Source: Tubiluchus corallicola
Taxonomy: Eukaryota > Animalia > Priapulida
DNA length: 64,000 bases
Direction: 5' to 3'
Assembly: GCA_030141605.1 (NCBI GenBank)
Contig: JAQGDQ010000209.1
Coordinates: 124,001 to 188,000, forward strand
Position 1 is the stretch's first letter. Each line of letters starts with the position of its first letter. The position numbers and the translations under genes were made by a program. The notes beneath the pieces were generated by a model. It was not told where the DNA came from and made no database searches. It saw only the letters and a program-made list of their open reading frames with translations. Positions 43,749 to 56,245 of this stretch are shown one piece after another.

Positions 43749-44792
43749 ATGTGCCGGTTTATTAAAATCCAGATATATTTACAGAGTGTCAATACTCCTG
43801 TGACAAAAGTAGTATTCGCGGTAGTGATAATATTCTGTGGTTTACTTTTCGCTAAGACATTTTGGTTATCCGTGAATCATTTCTCTCAGCAGCCAATAAT
43901 ATTTACTAAAAAAGTTTCGGAGAAAAATAACGCGAATTCGTCTACAGTTTCTGAAAATTCTACTCTGGTTGTCGAAGAAGGGTATGTTGAGTACGAATTT
44001 AGTAAGAGAAAGAAGTGCAAATCTGGCAGTCAACGGCGACTACCCCGGTGTATTATAATCGGATTTCGAAAATGTGGAACCTTTGCCCTGTTGAGCATGT
44101 TGAAACTGCACCCTGCAATAGCTGTCCGAGATTGGCGACCAGTAGAGGTAGATTACTTTAACTTTCACTATGCCAGAGGTTTAAAATGGTACACAGAAGC
44201 TATGCCATGCTCGACGAGCAACCAAATTACTGTAGAAAAAAGTCCAAAGTACATCATCACTCCAGGAGTGGCAGAGAAAACAAGGAAGGATCTTCCGGGA
44301 GTTAAGATTCTTGTCTTAGTTCGGGAGCCCTTTCAAAGGACTGTATCCCTTTTTTTAGAACGCGGTCGATTGAAACACCAAACATTTGTAGAATTTATTG
44401 GTTCCAATGCAGACCCAAATCCCGTAGATGAAGGAAAATATGTCACGTTTATTGCAAAATGGTTGAGAATTTTTCCTAGAGAACAACTTCACATTGTATC
44501 GGGTGACGACTTAGTTAGAGACCCGATAAGTGAACTGAGAAGAATTGAAACATTTCTGAACTTGGATCATTTGATACCTGGAGATGCCTTTGTCTACCGG
44601 AAAGATAAAGGATTTTATTGTTTCCGTGAAAGAACTGACAAAACGTTTAATAAAGAAGTCACTTGTTTGGGAAAGGTTAAAGGAAGAAAACATCCGGAAG
44701 TGCCAAAAGAACTAGAGGAACGGTTAAAACAAATTTTTCAGCCGTATAATGAACAGTTGTATAAAATAGCAAACCGTTCATTTCATTGGTAA
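43749..44792 (+). CDS. HS3ST: Heparan sulfate glucosamine 3-O-sulfotransferase-like protein (Sulfotransfer_1 fold, type II Golgi membrane protein), uninterrupted ORF, ~347 aa from the first ATG
   Basis: N-terminal TM helix VVFAVVIIFCGLLFA; stem with N-glycosylation sequons; RRLP..IIIGFRKCGT 5'-PSB loop; GLKWY..MP; TVEKSP; LVREP..R.VS 3'-PB motif; WLRIFPREQLHIVSGDDL..DP; KGFYC...CLGKVKGRKHP; terminal F-x-W. ORF track starts at GTG 43719; first ATG is 43749. Confidence 0.93.
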   Translation: MCRFIKIQIYLQSVNTPVTKVVFAVVIIFCGLLFAKTFWLSVNHFSQQPIIFTKKVSEKNNANSSTVSENSTLVVEEGYVEYEFSKRKKCKSGSQRRLPRCIIIGFRKCGTFALLSMLKLHPAIAVRDWRPVEVDYFNFHYARGLKWYTEAMPCSTSNQITVEKSPKYIITPGVAEKTRKDLPGVKILVLVREPFQRTVSLFLERGRLKHQTFVEFIGSNADPNPVDEGKYVTFIAKWLRIFPREQLHIVSGDDLVRDPISELRRIETFLNLDHLIPGDAFVYRKDKGFYCFRERTDKTFNKEVTCLGKVKGRKHPEVPKELEERLKQIFQPYNEQLYKIANRSFHW

Positions 44793-45208
44793 CTAAACTG
44801 GCTTTAGTTAAAGTCAACTTTAAAATTAACCCTGCGATTTCAAAAAGCTGCACGTTCTTTAGTCAAGTAGGTATATTTAAAGTTGGTAACCAATGTGAAA
44901 AAGTAATTTTTCGAAGTTGATTTTAGAATTAACTAATAAGCCATTAAGATTATTATTGCAACGTATCGCCATAAGTATTATCCTAACTTACTACCGCTCA
45001 ATGAAAGGTCATTTACATCGTTACTTCTAGGCCTACGCGTCTTTATAAATGCATCATAGCAGTGTTAATAACTTAGAAAGTTTTGAAGTGTGAAAACGTT
45101 TAACCGGCTCATCCGTGGGAATTGCAATCATGCAAAGCAATTTATAGGTGTTTGAGGCAAAAATCACTTGTTGCATGCACTGCTAGATTTCTTATAATCG
45201 CTGAATTT

Positions 45209-45915
45209 GGTGGCGTGCAGAGGTTTGGTGATCCCCGGAGCCAAGCCCTTGATTGTTTGCCCCTAAGACTCAAGTGGGGGGGGGGCTATAGGGCCTAGTA
45301 TCCAGAAATGTGAGAAAAGAAGACATTTTAAATATGTAAAAAAGATGAAACATGAAATAAACATTTTTATTCAAATTAAATATAAATTGAATTTATTAAG
45401 TTCGGTTCCCCAAATGAGATCTCCACTTTCTTCACATGTGGACAGCTGGAGTATGAAAACAAATAATATGTGCAAAATAATTACAAACTTCAAATCAAAA
45501 CATGTGTAACAAGTATTCTACTCCGGTCTCCCTTATCAAAGCACGGGTCCACATTTACACCAGCTTGTGAGTTGTCTGTATTGCGTGGACGTGTGGTTTA
45601 GATTTCGGACTGTAACCATGCAGTCTTGAGTTCGAGAGGACATATAAGATAAAACAACATGTTATTCGTTATTTGGTTGTTGCGTCCTAACCTGAAGTGT
45701 AAGTCGCTAAATGGCCGTAAGTACTAATGGTGTCTGTTAAATGAGTGACAGTAGATATATCTTGTCTCTTGTCTTTGGGACGGTAGGGTGTTTGTATAAC
45801 GAAGTTAACAGACACAATTTCAAATTTGAAAATTTTTATTTCACTCTTTTATTGGATGGCCTCCCAATATGGATGTCCGGTGCCATCGGACCCTCTGCCC
45901 CCTCCCTGAATCTTA
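45209..45915. mobile_element. Degenerate hAT-like MITE region, possibly with a nested decayed SINE (~45583-45740)
   Basis: GC-rich ends gtggcgtgcagaggtttggtgatccccggag...gcccc and ggatgtccggtgcc...gccccctccctg around an AT-rich core; internal A/B-box-like gtggacgtgtggtttag...gagttcgag. Confidence 0.35.
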
Positions 45916-45989
45916 ATGTGACTTTGCATTAAGTCTGTGTGCTGCATGATTGTCACCAAATTCTATGTTTCAATCAATGCAGCTAATAC

Positions 45990-46240
45990 ATTGTTTATAT
46001 TTGCGGTCACATCACCTTCGAATAGAAACAGGACGGTGGAGACGAGAACCTAAAGAGCACAGATTGTGTGACTGTGGTGCAACACAAACAGAAATCCACA
46101 TTAATAGTGAATGCCCACTAACGGAACAAGTTAGGAATAATTATCGTAACACAAACTTCCTAGACTATGCGGAATTCTTTAAAAATGAGCTAGTTTCCGT
46201 CATCTGTTATGAACTATTACGCCAAGTAGACAGTGATTAA
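45990..46240 (+). mobile_element. Non-LTR retrotransposon ORF2 C-terminal zinc-finger remnant
   Basis: LRSHHLRIETGRW...RLCDCG..QTEIH...ECPLT matches the SHxLxIExGR / CxC..H..C motif at the 3' end of L2/CR1-group RT proteins. Confidence 0.85.
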
Positions 46241-46460
46241 CATCGTCTAACTTTTTTCCCTGATACGTTTTTGTTTTTGGATCTATGTCGCTGTTCCCAC
46301 AAACAATATCATTTTTGACTAAAATTTGTTATCTTACTATTTTTTAACCCGCTAATATATTGTATATTTGAGAAAATTTTGGTCAAGGAAATATGCTACT
46401 ACTGCTACTCTATGTAAAGTTGTTTATACAGCTGTTCCCTAACTGAAAAACATTATGATG

Positions 46461-46546
46461 ATGCGCATTGTATTTATCTTATTTATTATTTATTTTAAAT
46501 TTATGCGCATTGTATTTATCTTATTTATTATTTATTTTAAATTTAT
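46461..46546. repeat. Perfect 42-bp tandem duplication
   Basis: atgcgcattgtatttatcttatttattatttattttaaattt twice (46461 and 46503). Confidence 0.95.
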
Positions 46547-48027
46547 TTTAGTATGAATTAAATTACAGTATTTTATGGGTTAACTTTCTGTGTTGTATCT
46601 AATGAAATACATTTGACAGATATGTGCCTACAATTGCGATTTCTTTAAACTTTAAATTCTTTAGATCGATCTCACTTCTTAAAAACAAGTAATGTGTTTA
46701 AATCCAAACAAGAATAATAACGACGTTGAACATGACGATGACGACAACAACGACAAGATAAAGTCATTGTTCAGGATTGCTTCTTCGAACTGCAGAAATT
46801 CACAATTTATTTCTTGTAAATATTCGATCACCATCGATCTGAAAGTCAAAATCCCGTGTTTACGTTGGTTCAGTGCACCCAGTGCATGGTTGCCAAATTT
46901 GATTGAACATTAACACGGCGTAAATCATTGATTTTCTCTTCAAAAAACTGTAAATGTTTGTCGAAGCGTGGTGTTCGAAATGATATCCAGATTTTCTACC
47001 TTAATTCAGAACATTGCAAGCAAATATTTGTGGAAAGTTTGTAGAAAGTGATATTAGTCATTTTAAAGTTCTTTTCCGTAAATGTACATATAATCTTAGA
47101 TGCCGTGTTTTAAACGCTTCTGATAGTTTCTTCAAACATGTAATTTACAATAGTGATGTTTTTTATCAAATATTTTGCGCATTGAAATGAAATTTTAATG
47201 TATTTTCAATGTTTATCACTTATGTAATTATTCTAACTGCTTTCTCTTTTTAATTTGTGTAAACTGCAAGTTTATGTTAGTATAACTAGTTGTAGTTTTT
47301 GTTTAGTTATTGTACTTTTATGAATTAAGACTCAGTCTACGAGCAGAAATCAAAAATAAAATAAATAAATAAATAAAATTGTTAAAGGACTTCTGCCAAA
47401 AAGCTCCTGGTCGTTTTAAGTAAGGCACACAGCAGTGTTTTACAGAGAGAACATAGCCTACTGCGCGGAAAGTGATGCACTTCTTCGGATAAGACTTGTA
47501 GTGGGAAATTCAATGGTTAGGTAGAACGGTCAAGTACTCCTAGTTGATAAACGCAAGCAGATCTCATTAGTATTTTACCAGATACGGCTATAGTCAAAAT
47601 ATAAGGCATGGGGTGGATGGCAATACTACTTTGGCGCCAAAATTCGCTAAATGTCATGCAGTTCGTAGCCTATTGTAGTAATTATGCACTATTCTTGTAA
47701 TATAAAACACAAAAATGCCCCAGTCAAATGCCCCATTAATTGCAGATAAGAAGGTTCTCAGAAAAGCTTTTTCTATAAGACTGAAACGTCGTACGGCTTA
47801 CCGCTGGTGAGGTGAATACAGTTGTGAGAAAATGCTAAGCCGCAGCATAGCTGATGCCCAGAATTCTAATGAAGCAACCACTAATTAACTACAGTAAACA
47901 GCTCTGATTCCCGACTGTTTGGGAAGAAATGTTTTTTCAGATCAAGAGTAGGTTTCCTTCTCCGCGTAAAGAGCCAAGTCTAGGTCTAGGTCAGCTAAGA
48001 AAAGAAGGCGCGGTTATTCGTATGGTT

Positions 48028-48190
48028 CCTTGTTTGTTTGTTTTTTGTTTGTCTGTCTGTTTGTTTGTTAGTTAGTTAGTTTTGTTTTGCTTGTTTATTT
48101 GTTTGTTTGTTTGTCTGTTTGCAACTCTGTTTGTTTGTTTGTTTGTTTCTCTGTTTCTTTGTTGTTGTTTGCTGGCTTGTTTACTTGTTA
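48028..48190. repeat. Degenerate (GTTT)n microsatellite
   Basis: tgtttgtttg...gtctgtctgtttgtttgttagttagttag... Confidence 0.9.
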
Positions 48191-48269
48191 AGTGTATGTA
48201 TATACCCCAACAACAGCTGAGACTGAACTTTAGTCAGAATTTCATCTTTGAAGACGCATCTGGCTAGAT

Positions 48270-48590
48270 ACCCGCATCAGACCAAACTTGTTCCGACCAA
48301 ACCTCTGTCAGACTAGACCTCAGACATTCCGGACTAAATACAGACTAGGCCTCTAATAGAGCAGGCAGATCAGAACACAGACAAACGAGATCAAACCATC
48401 GTATCTCCGACAAATCAGACGCTAAACAGATTTGTTACAGACCATTGATAGATCAGATCTCAGACCAGGCTCACGGCAAAGCAACCAAAGACTAAAAGAA
48501 ACTAAGTCATAATTAGAGCCATATCCAGAACAGAAAGAAATTTACCCAATCCAATAGTTAGACCACATCCATACCATAACATCCCAACCG
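48270..48590. repeat. Highly degenerate pentamer repeat (CAGAC/CAGAT-like)
   Basis: Recurring cagac/cagat/tagac units: cagaccaaac, cagactagacctcagac, cagatcagaac, gatcagatctcagacc. Confidence 0.55.
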
Positions 48591-48602
48591 CAAATCACGG
48601 TC

Positions 48603-48765
48603 ACCTTGTTACATAATTTACCACATTTGTTACACAAAAATTGTCACATAATTGATTGTTACAAATTGTTATAAAATTTGTTACGTAATGACGACTTTTG
48701 TGACTTGCTACATGATGCTGCATTGTTACATAATGAGCGCTTTTGTTACATAATGAATCTTAACA
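48603..48765. mobile_element. One end of a non-autonomous DNA element with repeated TTGTTACATAAT motifs
   Basis: ttgttaca(taat) recurs about 8 times, ending ...gttacataatgaatcttaaca. Confidence 0.55.
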
Positions 48766-49916
48766 CCGCCACGTGCCAGGGTAACGAATTCATTATCGTG
48801 ATTTTTTTCGTTTAAGCTGAATGCTTAATTTATTTGTAACTAAAATCGCCTTCATTATAGTTGCTTCAACATATACTGCTTGATCGTACCTACACATTTT
48901 GTGAAATATTCCACCCTTTTCAAGAAACAAATCCCTGAATCCGCCTCAAACCCGATACAATGAATTCAGAATTTTATGAACAGATAATGACTTCGTTACT
49001 TGGCGAAGTTTAATATCTTCCTCTAACACAATAACACGCCGTCGCTCTATGACACATTAACGTAGTCCTTTTGTCATGTTCGACTGATTTTCACCCGCAT
49101 AATTCACGACATGATACTGAAAACAGTTTCCGAATTTAATTTCGCAGTCCATCTAACTTACATTAAATCTCGTTGTACTGTCACTCAAAACCACTCGAGC
49201 CTAACCAATGTAAACACTTTCTGCGAGAATTAAGAATGTAGCGCGGCTTCGTTCCGGAAGCCAAACAATCACTGTATATTTTCACTATCGGAGAGGTCGG
49301 TTTTTAAGGAAGCGCCATATCCTGTTAAAATACGTAATTTAGGTGCTTAAAATTAATTGTACCAAGCCTTTTCTTGCAATACAATTATTTTAAAGATGTA
49401 TTACAAAAACAGGGATTTCTTGTTTCGAAGCATCATTAAATTTAAAAAGCCCAGAGCAAGTTCAAAATTAGTTTCTCTCGCGAAATAGCTGTAACTGAAA
49501 GGGGGAGGGAAATTATAAGTTCTTATTTCATCATCTCTTTTTCGTGAGTAATTTTTGTTGCATTTTTATTATATCGTGTATCTAGACATTTGTAAGAATC
49601 TATTTCATAAACACGTGTGTAGTTTGTGTAATACTATGAAATAGTTTCTGATTTTATAAGCACGTGTGTAGTTTACATACTGCGAAACAGTTTCTCAACT
49701 CATTGAGTAAATAAACTTAATTATCTAAAAAATATTCGAAATATCAGCGGCTGTCAAACCAGCATGAAGTGCCGTCATGTAATAAAGATAAAACGAAGAA
49801 GAAGAAAAGCAAAAATGCTCGTGATTTGAGAGTTTAAGTTATTTGCTGCCATTAAAAACATTCTGGCTCAGTGGTTCAGTCTTTGCTAGTCTATCAGTAA
49901 GTGGAAATTGTTTTTC

Positions 49917-50070
49917 GGAACGATTTCACAATTTCCCACCCTAACCATAGCCCTAACCCAACCAAAACCCTACACTAACCCAGCCCTAACCCTAACCCTA
50001 ATTCTATCCCTAACCTTAATCCTAATCTGCTTCACGAACCAATTTCTTGTGTGTGGGAGTTGTACACTTT
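49917..50070 (-). mobile_element. Telomeric-repeat-bearing element, family C copy 2 (inverted)
   Basis: (CCCTAA)n-like array flanked by ttcacaatttccc and gggagttgtacac; unique segment taatctgcttcacgaaccaatttctt is the reverse complement of aagaaattagttcgcgaagcggatta in copy 1. Confidence 0.85.
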
Positions 50071-51599
50071 TGTCTGTTTTCCTCCTGAATTACAAATATT
50101 CGTGCAGTCTGGTGCAATAAACTAAATTAAGTAGCCTTATCTAACTTTAAAACATCTTCGTATACTTTCCATCTTATTGCGCTATTTCTATCTTATCTGA
50201 GAATAATTTAAACGCATTTATTTTATGACCTCCTTTATTAAATACCTCTACTTTTGTCTTTTAAAGGTTTATATTTATGTATCATATATACTCTATATAA
50301 CCCCAACAGACACTGAAGTTTTTAACGCAATATTATGATTGCACGAGGAATTCATAGTTATTATTAAACAAAAGAAACTTGTAAATTAAATAGCTTACCT
50401 TTTCCTGACGAATTTCGAACGCGTGCATTGTCATATAAATCGCCATGAAGATCATCGCCGTGAGCGAGAATGGCGTACGAGGTACAGAAAGCGTCTTTTG
50501 TTACCGATGTTTGTTTAGTGACCTTTGGTGACCTCGTGACTGTACTCATGTAACGTTATTTGTCTCACGCAACGAAAGGCGGTTCTTCCAATTTAATACC
50601 GCTACAACGAAGTAACAAGAAGTCACCAAATGAAACAAGTTTTACAGTAAGTTAATAATCAAATAAATTGAATATTCGTAATAAGAGTAGGATTTTAAGT
50701 TGTAAAAGCTTATATTATAGTGAGGGTCTAGTTTGACTTTAAGTACCATTTGTCACAATGCAGATTAAGTCGATCAAGGCAATTTTGCAAGCATGTCTGA
50801 GTTGCAGAAATATCAGTATATTGTCTGCATAATTAAGTAGATGAAGATCATTGTTATTTAGTATTGGAGGTTCACATGATTTATCGAAAATATCAACAAT
50901 GTCGCCCATGACAACAAAAGTAAAAGTAAAAGTATGCCCTGTACCAGGAACATTAAAACTGATTTCGCAGTTTATTTAGATCTTATCTACTTCTAACTGA
51001 GGATTTATTGTCCTGTAGGTTGTGTACTTAGATCCAACTGAATTAAGAATTTTATCTTGTAATTTTGCACTTTCCATATCGATGGGATTTTCTTATAATG
51101 ACCTCACGTGTTTAGTTGCGCGGCTTCTGCAAGACTCAGCTATAAACCCTCTCTCACTCTCACTCAGCCTCAGTCTCTTGACCAAATTTAACTTGTTTGT
51201 TTTATACGTATGCACTCAAATTTGGCATGCCGATTTCACAGAGACATTAGTTGTTTGGCAACTATCGAGTACATATTTTCATTTCAACATTTTAAATTAA
51301 AATGTTGAAAGCAGTACAGTTGAAAGAAATATTTGCTAACTTTGTAATTTAATCGTCCGTCGCTAATCAATCTGCCATACGTTGGAAATAATGAAGTTCC
51401 AGCAATCAATTGAACTTACTGCACCTGCTCTGACTTGGACTTTTCGTTTTACAACATATATATATATATCAGAGTAATCTTTAATCGTAGCATCATTATT
51501 TTAGCAAAAGAATGGAACTTGCGAGGAACTCAGTGTATTAGCTTACAGGGTGATGTTGTGTCGGAAAAATTCTGATTTTTTAATTTAATTTTTTATGAC

Positions 51600-52440
51600 C
51601 TTGCCATATTCCAGCCATATTTCAGCCAACTGTTTACGTTCAACCAAAGAGGAAACTAGATATGTAAGCTGCAGTCCTTCCACGAACGCCATAATAATGT
51701 AGCTTATGAAGGAGTCTATAATGCGGCACACTGTCAAAAGCTTTGCTGAAGTCCAGCAGTAAAACATCCGTTTGACTATGATTATTTAGAGAAGACGCCC
51801 TGTCTTGAACTGCAGTAATTAATTGCGTTTCACGTGATAACTTCTGTCTAAAACCATGCTGAAGACCTGATAATATATTGTGATGTGAAACATGTTTCAT
51901 AATGTGATTTAAGATGATATGCTCCATTATCTTCCATAAAATGCACGTCAAGGAGATAAGCCTATAATATCTAGGCATTTTCATCTTTCTTGTAAACAGC
52001 TGTTTACTTCTAATGCTTGCTTCTAATCAGAAAAAATAATTCCCATATCAAAGGAAAAGAAAAACAAATGAGGGCGCCAGCTCGGTGGCTGTTGTCTTAA
52101 GCATCTTTGCTGATACCAAATCATCAGGACCGCAAGCTTTGGAAGAACTAATGTGAGTCAACTGTTTGCTACCCCTTCGATGCCAATCTGTTTGTCCCCA
52201 ACTGCTGGATATGGAGACGTGCCCACCTGGAATGCTGCTGGTATGTTCATTTGTAAAAACTGATTTGAACTGATCATCTATAGTTTTTGCCTTTTCAAAT
52301 GTAATATGCACATTTTTGTACCATCTTTTATTGTAGGCACACCCAAATTTTGGTGCCCCCTTAGCTTAATATATGACCAAAACTTTTTGGGGTTGGAGTT
52401 TAAGCTTGTCGCGGTAATATTCTTCAGATAGTCATACAAT
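51600..52440 (-). mobile_element. CR1-group non-LTR retrotransposon reverse transcriptase remnant (frameshifted)
   Basis: KACGPDD..AKMLK..ATELAP; YRLISLTCILWKIMEHII; QHGFRQKLSRETQL; DVLLLDFSKAFDSVPH.RLL.KL.YYGVRG (RT domains 0-3). Confidence 0.93.
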
Positions 52441-54420
52441 GAGTTCTAACACAATAAACAATGATTTACAATGCGCAAACAATTACAATGCATCAGTTTT
52501 GCACTCTAAAATCAAATTGTTAGTGGTATACGTAAAATTCGATAATAAGCTGGGAAGTCAAGCTATTTACGAAGTGAATTTTTAACGTTATCAATAGTTT
52601 GTCGATGCGTATATATATATATATATATATATAAGTTCATAGTTGAAAAACTTTGAAGGCCAATAAATTGTACGAAGCACGAAGTTTGATTAAAATAATA
52701 CCTTTGTACAAAATTCAGTGATTACTGCGGAATAAACAGGAAAGCGATTTAGCCCTCCGAGAATTTTCTATGAGCGTGATTTGGTGAATAACATTTAATG
52801 GTAAATTTGAGGTAATGGTTATCACTAATTAGTTAAAATTTAATGTTGTAAATACCAAGAGAAACAAATGAAAGAAATCCAGAAATTGCGTATAGCTTTA
52901 ACCTGTTAACCCTAACTGGGAATTGTATTGTAACTAAATTTGTATAACTTTACAAAGAAGTTATACAAAGAAGTGAATAATTGTGCTGCAAATCGAGTTC
53001 GGGAAATCACAGTTGCGTGCTGCCATCTACAGAAAATTTAGTAAGATTTTTGAAGCAAGCAAGTTCTATCCTTATTTTAGCAAATTTGATAATTAGCTCA
53101 TTGGCCATACTACGTTTGAAGAAAAGCTTTTTCATGATTTTTTAATGTAACACACGCTACAACATAAGCCTTTTTTTTAATCTGAGAAGCAAATATTTCA
53201 CCATTAAATTTTTTATGTTACGAGACACAAAATTTAGAACAAGGTGTTCAGAATTGCTCAGATTATAGGTATTACAATAATATGTGATGTGATAAAATGG
53301 CGAAACATGTTTCTTGCACCCCATATGCATTTTTTAAATTAAGGTGACTACTTTATTTGACCAGATTAGACCAGAAAAAAGTGTACTGCTTAGCGTATAA
53401 AAATATTTCTCTACCAAAAATCTACCGATTCGATAAATACATAAAAATGATTTTAACATCGATTTTACCTAATGCAAAATTTTTTGCACTCTTACACGTG
53501 TTGAACCTATCGTTTGTTTTTCAAGCTTGGAGTCGCATCCATTATACACAGTAGTAATATATAAGAGAGTGGATAGGCTTGTGGCGACACCCGTTTGCAA
53601 GCAAAAGAAGCTTTATCTAATTTGCTCTGTGACGCGAGCATCTCTTAACACATTTCAATAACAAAAAGAATAAAAACTGCATCTAAATTATAAATTTAGA
53701 AACTGAAGAAATTATTTTAGTTTTGCGTCGCCTAAATTCGTCATCTTTATCGCGATTCGCATTTATATCCTTTATCTGCTTTGCGTCTTTAAGATTCGTC
53801 CTTTGTAACGACCGAAAACGTAATTAAGATATCGTCTGTCATAAGCGCTTATGTGCAGCTTATAAATCAATAAGTTTCTGTCGCTTACCGAAACCCCTGG
53901 CGCAAGACGTCGTAATAGTTTTCCTTGTTTGAACGCTTATATGTAGTAATTATGACCTAGCTATAATTAGTTTGCTCTGCATGTGTGAGTAACGTTACTT
54001 TCGTGTGCTGTTGGAATCACAAATGCATTTTATCAAACAGAAATGCAAATTATAACAGGTGAAGCGCGTCCTGCCATCGCAAGCTAGGCTTCGGTTGTCG
54101 TGCGCGCAGTGTCTAATCATTGTGCAGTACGTTACCTGTAGATGCAATTGTGTTTTTATATAGTAAACACACAAACGTGGTTTTTAGGCTAATAATTTTG
54201 TTCACTACGGTTTCGTAACAATAGCTTTCTCAATATGCGAAATGCCATAGAGATCTTGTGAGGACGGTATGGTACAGGACAGGTAAGACAATATAATCTC
54301 TTACATCTCTTTAAAATCTTAGTGGCACCTTTGTCTGTATATATCAAACGTCCATCGATTACACGTGACAACGCTTTTTATGTTTGATAAGCCTATTGCT
54401 TTTGAAAAAGATAACTGCCT

Positions 54421-54642
54421 AAAGTTTACAATTACCATACACTTGTTAATGTTAGAGTTAGCGTTAGGGTTAGGGTTAAGGTGAGGGTTAGGGCTAAGGT
54501 TAGGGTTAGGGTTATGGTTAGGGTTAGGGTCAGGATTAGGGTTAAAGTTAGAGCTAGGGTTAAGATTAGGGTCAGGGTTAGGGTCAAGGTTAGGATTAAG
54601 GCTAGGGAATTTAAATTGCGTGGGGAATTGTAAACTCCTTCC
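54421..54642 (+). mobile_element. Telomeric-repeat-bearing element, family C copy 3 (longest array, about 26 degenerate hexamers)
   Basis: AAAGTTTACAATTACC ... in-phase (TTAGGG)-like array 54449-54607 ... GGGAATTGTAAAC-tccttcc. Confidence 0.88.
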
Positions 54643-55227
54643 AGATAATTATTTTATGCAATTATTTCTCCTATAATTCATTCTGCTATAATACTCTTTT
54701 ATAATTTTATAATAATACAGTTCTGAAGTCTGTTTCTGATAGTATACTTTTTAGTTTGTATGACTATTTTCTTGTATCTGATTTCAAGCCAAGACACTTT
54801 GAAGAAGTATTTAGTTATTTTGTTTACACACAGTTAAGGCTTGAAAAATTTAAAATTGTCAAAAAATTCAACTGAAATGTATTTAATGTAACTACGCTGT
54901 CTAGGCGTATTTAAAGGCTGTTGGCTATAAAACTGACGCAACACTATGTAACAAATGCTTTGTAATGGAAGTTCATTTTGAAAAAACTGCTTTAACGAAT
55001 GTAAAGAAATTTCACTGAAATTTAATTGCGATAAAACACATTAGAATACCAAAAGTTAACACTTCTTATATAGTCACATAGTTTCGATCAATAGAAGAGC
55101 TGTTCGTTTAATTAAAAAGCTTTTTTCGTGGGAATAGCATTTGACTTTCGCAAATATTTATCTTCATTGCTGAAAGTTTATCTTGTGGCGTATTAGCAGT
55201 GCCTTCCAAGGGCTTTGAATATGCAAC

Positions 55228-56245
55228 TAAGGCTAGCAGTACTGTACGGTACGGCACGAAAAGACTCTTAAAAGTACGGTACGGTATTTTTTTCGTTCCT
55301 TTTCCGTACCATTTTACCCAGATTCCTGTAATGCTTTTATTTGTCAGCAAATCAGTATGACGATTTGTTTTGCCTCTTGGGTGGGGACTTATTGTTCTCC
55401 CCTAATTAACACAGAACACACGCAAACGAAACAGGAAGACTGGTTCGCTTTGGATGCAAAAGCGGCAAGTTCTTTAGAAGCACCCGTGCTCACTTCCCAT
55501 AAATTACGTTACCTTTACTGTTTTGTATTGCTTACCAAGTTTGACAACTATTTATGTAGCCCGCTGCTCTAACTGCTATTTCTGAGAATTGTATAGAAAT
55601 TTTCTGTCGTGCTCGGTAAAAATGGCACCCTATGGTAAAAATTACGCCTTTTTCTGTACCTACCTGCCTGTTTAACCTACATTCGTTTTTGTTTCAAAAA
55701 ATCTGCATAGCTTGAGTGTAACATCCGAGTTAAAGATTTGCTTTGCCAACGAAAGAAATTCGAGACGTACCGACCTAACACGTTAAACCTGCGTGGCTTG
55801 CGGGGTATAGTTACAGGTGTTTAGGCAGGACACTAAATTTGAATCATCATCAAAAATTTGTCACTATTGACCAACATTAAGATCTGGTTAACGACCGTAA
55901 ATCATCGTGTCTGCACAAAAATATTTATTAGAAAAAGCAATTCAAGATAAATTTATATCTCGTGCATAATTTTGAGTAACTTTTGTAATCTACAGACAGC
56001 AATTCTGTTTTTATAGTATGCATAAATTCATAACGATAATTCATAAACTTATCGTTTTTACAATTAACTTTTATGCCACTCTTTATCTTTTCATCCTGCA
56101 CTTAGTACGGAATTACGTTACGATATTTTATCGTACTAGTACGTTACGATTCGATTTTGTAGGTACGGTACGGAATTACGGTACGGTATTTTTTAGAGGT
56201 ACGAAGTACGGTATTTTTTCGTACTGTACCGTACTGCCAGCCTTG
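55228..56245. mobile_element. Non-autonomous hAT-superfamily DNA transposon, ~1.0 kb
   Basis: TIR TAAGGCTAGCAGTACTGTACGGTACG / CGTACTGTACCGTACTGCCAGCCTTG; perfect 8-bp TSD TATGCAAC at 55220-55227 and 56246-56253; subterminal GTACG repeats. Confidence 0.93.

Noticed and set aside
54449-54607. TTAGGG array as a true telomere or chromosome-fusion scar
   Set aside because: Short, degenerate, single orientation, and enclosed by inverted repeats shared with two other dispersed copies
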